A stretch of DNA of 31,524 bases from a virus (Duplodnaviria; Caudoviricetes): IMG/VR virus record IMGVR_UViG_3300037863_000030, positions 1 to 31,524 of that record. The stretch is one strand, 5' to 3'. Below are positions 26,015 through 31,524 of this stretch, one piece after another; the first letter of the stretch is position 1; every line of letters begins with the position of its first letter. The position numbers and the translations under genes are program-made. The notes under the pieces are model-generated. The model saw only the letters and a list, made by a program, of their open reading frames with translations. It had not been told where the DNA came from and did not search any database.

Positions 26015-29000
26015 TTATACCGCTATTCGGGTTACGGTTGACCATGTTACGTCATTATAAACACGCACATCTTCTGGTGCAACCGAAACTCCATCTACTC
26101 CATCGTCTACAAGGATTCTGTTAGTTCCCATATATTTGTCATAAATAATAGTTGGATCAATAGAATAAACATTAATTGTATTAACAATCTTAACTTCGTT
26201 CCATGTAAATGCATTTTGCCAGTAATCCCATCCACCTGGATCTCCTTGAGTGAGAACATCTCCCCAAGTTCTTACCTCAACACGCTGATTCTGCTCAAGG
26301 TTTGTAGCAAGGTAGTATGAAGCATTGTTATAAGTTAGTGGACCATTTAGATTAATACGACCAGTGTATTGATCAAAACTAATAAGTTCTGTAAATGCTA
26401 CAGATAAAACAGTCCATTGTTCATTAACTAAGTAAGGAGTCTGTACTGGCTTACCATTAACATAATAATCAATTGAAGATATTTCTGCCCCAGTTAATCT
26501 ATCTACTGCATAGACATAACCTCTTTGGCCACTAGCATCACCTTCTAGATAAAAATCAAAGATACCGTTCTTGTGGTCTACGGACATAATAAGCATTGAG
26601 CCTGTAGGGAATACTCTGTCTGCAAACTTTGCCCAGACCTGAATAGTACTTACCTCTGTTCCAAGACCTTTTTGTACGTTTACTGGGATAGAGATTCCTC
26701 TTTCAGTTATTTCTGAGAAGTCCCCCAAAATTTTCCAACCTGAGTGTTTAGTTAAGTATAAGTATGGAGTGCTACCCTTATAAGTGGCAATAGGGTTCTT
26801 TCCTTTAAAGTCATAGTATAGCCCAGTCTTTTTATATGGATAAACTGGAACACCAAACTTTGTTCCTATCTCTGTAAACTGTTTTCTTTCAAGAACCTGA
26901 GAAGCAAGTTGCAATCTTCTAAATTTAACGGGGTGATGTAAAATTCCTTCTGAGTTAAAATCAAGATGGTAAACAAGGGCTAGATCGTTAAAGTCAACAG
27001 GTCGATTTTGATCAGTTTTTGTTGGTGGATAAATTATAGATCCATCAACAACTTCGTAAGCCGTGTCTTCCCAGTTGCCAGAGATAATTGCTGGATCAGC
27101 AGTCCCCTTAACTCTTGCTGTTGCAAAATTTGCAAAGTCTAGAAGGTTAGTGTTTGCCCCATCTTTAGTGTACTGAAAAGAAACATAAGCACGAACAGCA
27201 CTTCTTTCTGTATCATAATAATAGAACTTGCTTGAGTCTTGTGACATATCTTCATAGTTGTCCCAGCCACTATAGAAGTTGTTATCAAGAGATGCGTAAG
27301 ACTGCTGGCTTGGAGTATAGTATCTAGTCTTAAGATCGTCATATGTCCAAGAAGATACTGACTCAAGAGAGTTAGTTTCAATAGGCTCTGGGAAATCCAT
27401 ATTGAATTGAATTGAGTCTAAGTCGTAAAATGTGTTGCCTTCATAGTCTTCTACATACTTTGCAAAATATGACAATGGCATATAATCTTCCCAATACCCC
27501 GCCACAGCAATATCTGCAAACATTAGTCCATATTTTTGGATAGGCTTAAGAGTATAGTTAGCAACATGATTAAGCATTGTAGTTGCATTATTTGTGGAGT
27601 TAATAAAAATACCATCTTCTCCATACTGAGTAAGGATCTTTCTATTATTATAAGAAGAGTTAAATCCAAACCTATACATCTTACCAGTAAAAGATTGCAC
27701 CTTATCTCCAGCAATTAAGATTGTTAGGTTTGATTGGTTTGTAAAGAACTTGTTTATACTTGACACTGTCTGTGATGATAGATTTTTAATATTGATACCT
27801 GCAACAAATCGTGTATTTGCAGATATTGAGATACTCTTAAAGGTCGTGCTAGTTCCAGAAATATTAAAGACATAACTCAGGGTTGTTCCATTTACCATAA
27901 CAGATAAAGAATCTTTGGTCATCTTGTTATCTATTCTAAACAAGGTTTGGTTTGTTGCAGTTCCGTCTGTTTCAAATACTCCGTAAATGCTTTCTACTGA
28001 CTCATTTAGTACCCCTAGATTATTAAAAAACATATAGGCATTAGTTGAGTTCCAACCAGAGTTAGGTCTGAAGGTAAAGTACTTTAGGTTTGTTCCACTC
28101 TCCGCAGCCTGCATTTGATCAAACCACTCTTGATTTGTTTTTGTTCCTAAAGAAAACTCAGGTAATTTATACTCTGGAAGAGTCAAGAACCTAGATGAAG
28201 TTTCCACGTTACTGAAGAATGCCTGTCTCCAGGTTGCAAAATCTGGGTAGTTATAGTTAACAGCATAATCTGCAAAAGAATAATCATTAAATACAGTAGT
28301 TCCACTAAGAGATGCATTCGTGGTTTCTGGTGCTACTACCGCTTGTCCCCATACCCATCTTCTTTTTGCTACCTCAGTTGGAACGGAATAAGAGTAAATT
28401 GAAAAAGAATCAATATCAATTGGGTGAACATCTGCATAAGCATAAAATCCAAGCCAGTCTTGGCTCTCATTTGAACCATTAAACTCTGCTGGTAGGCCTA
28501 CTGTTGTTTGGTTAAAAGGAATCTCTGCAACTTCTTCACCATTTAAAACAAGGGTAACTGTATCTTTAATTATTCTAATATGAATAAGCATTGGTCTAAG
28601 CCATTCACCAACATAGTGTGACTTATAGTTATTGCCAACAACAATTGTTAAGAATCCACCTTCAACATAAAGACCATCATTTGATGCAATAGGGCCAAAA
28701 ATCTTTTTAGGTTCTAGGGAGTCAGAACTTACTCTTATCCACATCTCTGCTGTGTAGTCGTTATACCTTCCACGCTCATTTAGAAATCCGTACCCTGGCA
28801 AAATAATAGATGGATAGTTGATTCCAGATAAAAGGTTTTCATAAATTTTTGTTACATTTGCTGATCCATAAACCAAAGGAATTCCAAAGTATTTAGCAAA
28901 AAGAGTTGAGTTGTTTGCTAAGTAATATCCATTAATTGTTGATGCTCCATAAGGTACTGCATCAACAACTTTTAAAGATGATGGTAATGCTATGTTTGTG

Positions 29001-29644
29001 GGGATTGCAGAAGTCCTAATGCCTACAGAATTCTTATTAAAATCTTCAGACCATTGACCAACACTTAACCCATTAATGAAGAAGTCGTAGTCTCCAACAC
29101 CTCCTCCAGTAGATATGCTAATTTTAAATAACAGTTTTACATTTGTAGAACCTACTGGAGGTAAAGAAAATGTGTTTGAGTAAAAGTTCCAAAACCCTGC
29201 ATCCAGAGTTGAGAGTGTTTCTGTTTTTAAAACCTCTATAATTGTTGATGTTGCAGGGTCAGTATATTTATACCCATACTGAATTGAACTTGCATTAGTA
29301 TTGTCTGGATAAAAATAAAACCCTATTGCAAAGTTTGATAGGTCTGTTTCAAAGTTTGATAAATTAATGTTATAAACGCTTGTAGCAGTAATAACAGTTG
29401 GAGATACAGAAGGAATAGATGCTGAGATTCTATTAACAAGAGATGTTTTTATTGGGGTATTCTCAGGAATAGGATCTTCTTGAGTTGCCGTGGCATTGAC
29501 CAAAGTCCATTGACCGCCTGAGTCAAACCGTCTATTAGTCTCACTGATTGTAGATAAATAGTCAACTTCCTCGTTGAGCATCCAAACAGCCAAGGGGTGC
29601 TCTGAGTTAATTTTTTCTACGTATAAGTTAGATTGAGTAGTCAT
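26015..29644 (-). CDS. Large LamG/concanavalin-A-like virion-type protein (putative minor tail or carbohydrate-binding protein)
   Basis: 1209 aa, beta-rich. HPLAVWMLNE start and TAEMWIR...VTLVLNGEEV...IDSFSIYSY fit the LamG pattern. Trp-rich TWxD/E-type segments at the C-terminus. AGGAGA RBS. Confidence 0.55.
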   Translation of the reverse strand: MTTQSNLYVEKINSEHPLAVWMLNEEVDYLSTISETNRRFDSGGQWTLVNATATQEDPIPENTPIKTSLVNRISASIPSVSPTVITATSVYNINLSNFETDLSNFAIGFYFYPDNTNASSIQYGYKYTDPATSTIIEVLKTETLSTLDAGFWNFYSNTFSLPPVGSTNVKLLFKISISTGGGVGDYDFFINGLSVGQWSEDFNKNSVGIRTSAIPTNIALPSSLKVVDAVPYGASTINGYYLANNSTLFAKYFGIPLVYGSANVTKIYENLLSGINYPSIILPGYGFLNERGRYNDYTAEMWIRVSSDSLEPKKIFGPIASNDGLYVEGGFLTIVVGNNYKSHYVGEWLRPMLIHIRIIKDTVTLVLNGEEVAEIPFNQTTVGLPAEFNGSNESQDWLGFYAYADVHPIDIDSFSIYSYSVPTEVAKRRWVWGQAVVAPETTNASLSGTTVFNDYSFADYAVNYNYPDFATWRQAFFSNVETSSRFLTLPEYKLPEFSLGTKTNQEWFDQMQAAESGTNLKYFTFRPNSGWNSTNAYMFFNNLGVLNESVESIYGVFETDGTATNQTLFRIDNKMTKDSLSVMVNGTTLSYVFNISGTSTTFKSISISANTRFVAGINIKNLSSQTVSSINKFFTNQSNLTILIAGDKVQSFTGKMYRFGFNSSYNNRKILTQYGEDGIFINSTNNATTMLNHVANYTLKPIQKYGLMFADIAVAGYWEDYMPLSYFAKYVEDYEGNTFYDLDSIQFNMDFPEPIETNSLESVSSWTYDDLKTRYYTPSQQSYASLDNNFYSGWDNYEDMSQDSSKFYYYDTERSAVRAYVSFQYTKDGANTNLLDFANFATARVKGTADPAIISGNWEDTAYEVVDGSIIYPPTKTDQNRPVDFNDLALVYHLDFNSEGILHHPVKFRRLQLASQVLERKQFTEIGTKFGVPVYPYKKTGLYYDFKGKNPIATYKGSTPYLYLTKHSGWKILGDFSEITERGISIPVNVQKGLGTEVSTIQVWAKFADRVFPTGSMLIMSVDHKNGIFDFYLEGDASGQRGYVYAVDRLTGAEISSIDYYVNGKPVQTPYLVNEQWTVLSVAFTELISFDQYTGRINLNGPLTYNNASYYLATNLEQNQRVEVRTWGDVLTQGDPGGWDYWQNAFTWNEVKIVNTINVYSIDPTIIYDKYMGTNRILVDDGVDGVSVAPEDVRVYNDVTWSTVTRIAV

Positions 29645-29658
29645 ATGTCTCCTACCCT

Positions 29659-29667
29659 ATTTTACCA
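29659..29667 (-). promoter_or_regulatory. Extended -10 promoter TGGTAAAAT
   Basis: In the 42-nt gap, directly upstream of AGGAGA (29648-29653). Confidence 0.7.
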
Positions 29668-29686
29668 CGATGAAGGGGTTTTCTGG

Positions 29687-31524
29687 CTAAATTAGACAGT
29701 TGTCATTGTTACAATATTTTTCTCCCAAGGCATCAAGGTTTTCAATCCCGTCATAAATAGCAGACCAATCAATCTTTGCTATTTTGCCAAGATAATCCTT
29801 ATACTCTTCTTCTGTAATCTCTTGGTAAGGTTGCTGAGGATAGACCTTATTCCCCATTGGCAAGAAGGAAACTGCCTTTAACTGACCCTCATACATGTGA
29901 AGGGCTGGAGCAACAAATTTCTTTTCTGTTTCTTTATCAAAAGATAACGTTACAGAAACGCCATTGTCTGACCAGTACTTTTGAGATGTAGCAGCAAGTC
30001 CAATTTTTTCAAATAGGCTAACTTGTTTTTCAGAACGCTTATGCTCAGACTTGATTGGAAAATATACTACAGATGTTTCTTCTGAATACACATCATCTTC
30101 AATTCTGTACCCTGCTGCTTTAAACAAATGCATCATGTTATCTTGCTTGCCAAAACGAACAGCACGAAGATAAAAGGCTCCTCCTGGCCCCCAGTGAACT
30201 CCAGGTGTAGCACCAGATAAGAGTGAGACTGAGCCTGAAGGCTTAACAGTTGTTACACGAATTGACTCACGAATACATAGCCATTCTGAATATTGCTTAT
30301 CATAATGACGAATCTTGTTGTATCCTTCGTCCATCCACTCACGAGTAATTGGCAAACCATGCTCATCAGCAAAAGATGCAATACCTGTAAGGGATGTTCC
30401 AATACGACGATTACGTTGCATGATACCGTTTGTTTGTTGCCAGTGTGTAGGCATAAGAGTTACAGTCTTTCCATATAGGTATGCAAACTTTAATGTCTTA
30501 AGGAAATCTTCTTTAGAATCGTGACGATTTAAATGTACTTCTACAAGAGTACACATTTCTCCACTTTCAAGATCCATCTCAGCACAGGGATTCATTCCCA
30601 TAACACGATAATCTTTTCCATCTGCAGGATCTGCAAGACGACCAAAGTTGCGAGCAACATCAAGCCAAATGAAACCTGGCTCTCCATTGTCTGCAATTAG
30701 GTCTACATACTCTTCATAGTTTGTTCCAACTTTTGCTGAGATTGAGTTATTAGACATATACGCCCATCCAGGATTTTTTGGATCATAAGAATTTCTTTCT
30801 GGAAAAACTTCTGCATTCTTTAGGTTAATAAAATCTTTATCTTCTGGTGACCCAAGTGCAAGGGTAGCAGAACGACGAACATTACCAGCAACAACACATG
30901 TACCAATAAGATTAATAATATCTACAATTGCACGAGAGTCAAGAATCTCTCCTGCTCTACCGCCAATTACTTTACGAATGCGAGTATGCAAATCCATCAA
31001 GGGTTGTGGGCCAGAGGCTGTTCCACCAAACCCCTTAATAGGAGCACCTAGTGGACGAACTTCTGAATAGTCAAATTCTTGGATACTTTGGTTTTGACGA
31101 AGGAATGAGTTTAATAAGATACGTATTGATTCTACCCAGCCTTCTCTGGTGTCTGGAATGACATAGGTGTTTACAGGCTCTGTAGGGGCATAGATGGGCA
31201 TTTCTTTATCCTGACCAACTGTATCAAACCCTACGCCAATACCCAGCATAAGGGCGTCCATAACCCACGCAAACAGTGCTCCTGGGTCGTTCCTATCAAT
31301 GTCTCTTGTTGAGATCATTGCACAGTTCTGCAAAGAAGCAGAATTGCGTTTTTCCATTGTCATTGGAGTTCCAAAAGCCCACATTCCACGGCCTGGTGGA
31401 GTCCACTTTAAATTAAACATGCGGTCATAGGCTTCTTGTGCAGATTTTTGGGCTTTATTATCTGACCAAGGTAATCTGCTATCTTTGGCATGATTTTTTT
31501 GTACTGAATACATTCCTTCAATTA
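29687..31524 (-). CDS. nrdJ: Class II adenosylcobalamin-dependent ribonucleotide reductase (monomeric RTPR type), 5'-truncated by the window
   Basis: Motifs WTPPGRG, LQNC, VVAGNVRRSA, NPCAE...C, TTVKPSGSVS and C-terminal redox pair CNNDNC. The frame stays open to the edge (..IEGMYSVQK). Confidence 0.92.
   Translation of the reverse strand, partial: IEGMYSVQKNHAKDSRLPWSDNKAQKSAQEAYDRMFNLKWTPPGRGMWAFGTPMTMEKRNSASLQNCAMISTRDIDRNDPGALFAWVMDALMLGIGVGFDTVGQDKEMPIYAPTEPVNTYVIPDTREGWVESIRILLNSFLRQNQSIQEFDYSEVRPLGAPIKGFGGTASGPQPLMDLHTRIRKVIGGRAGEILDSRAIVDIINLIGTCVVAGNVRRSATLALGSPEDKDFINLKNAEVFPERNSYDPKNPGWAYMSNNSISAKVGTNYEEYVDLIADNGEPGFIWLDVARNFGRLADPADGKDYRVMGMNPCAEMDLESGEMCTLVEVHLNRHDSKEDFLKTLKFAYLYGKTVTLMPTHWQQTNGIMQRNRRIGTSLTGIASFADEHGLPITREWMDEGYNKIRHYDKQYSEWLCIRESIRVTTVKPSGSVSLLSGATPGVHWGPGGAFYLRAVRFGKQDNMMHLFKAAGYRIEDDVYSEETSVVYFPIKSEHKRSEKQVSLFEKIGLAATSQKYWSDNGVSVTLSFDKETEKKFVAPALHMYEGQLKAVSFLPMGNKVYPQQPYQEITEEEYKDYLGKIAKIDWSAIYDGIENLDALGEKYCNNDNCLI

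Noticed and set aside
1-31524. tRNA, intron/intein, integrase, DGR or alternative genetic code
   Set aside because: Intergenic gaps are under 80 nt and explained by promoters and terminators. Long ORFs are intact in the standard code, TAA, TAG and TGA all act as stops, and no RT, recombinase or splicing motifs were seen.

Overview
This is an AT-rich segment of a large tailed (siphovirus-like) phage, with all genes on the minus strand. Read right to left it holds: the 3' part of a class II (B12-dependent, monomeric-type) ribonucleotide reductase; a 1209-aa LamG/ConA-like virion-type protein; a ~131-aa hypothetical; portal; prohead protease with a nested scaffold start; HK97-fold major capsid; head-completion and neck genes; major tail tube; two tail assembly chaperone genes; a 2834-aa tape measure with a C-terminal LysM; tail-tip and minor tail genes; and the start of a small zinc-ribbon gene. 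No terminase gene lies in the window. Extended -10 promoters (TGnTAnnnT), leaderless starts, LysM and the class II RNR suggest an actinobacterial host, possibly a low-GC one (inference). The most striking observation concerns the tail chaperones. The canonical frameshift-linked G/GT pair appears to be replaced by two paralogous genes, an in-frame G-T fusion followed by a stand-alone G copy. Each has its own promoter and very different translation signals, suggesting the G:GT ratio is set by gene duplication and transcriptional tuning rather than by ribosomal frameshifting.
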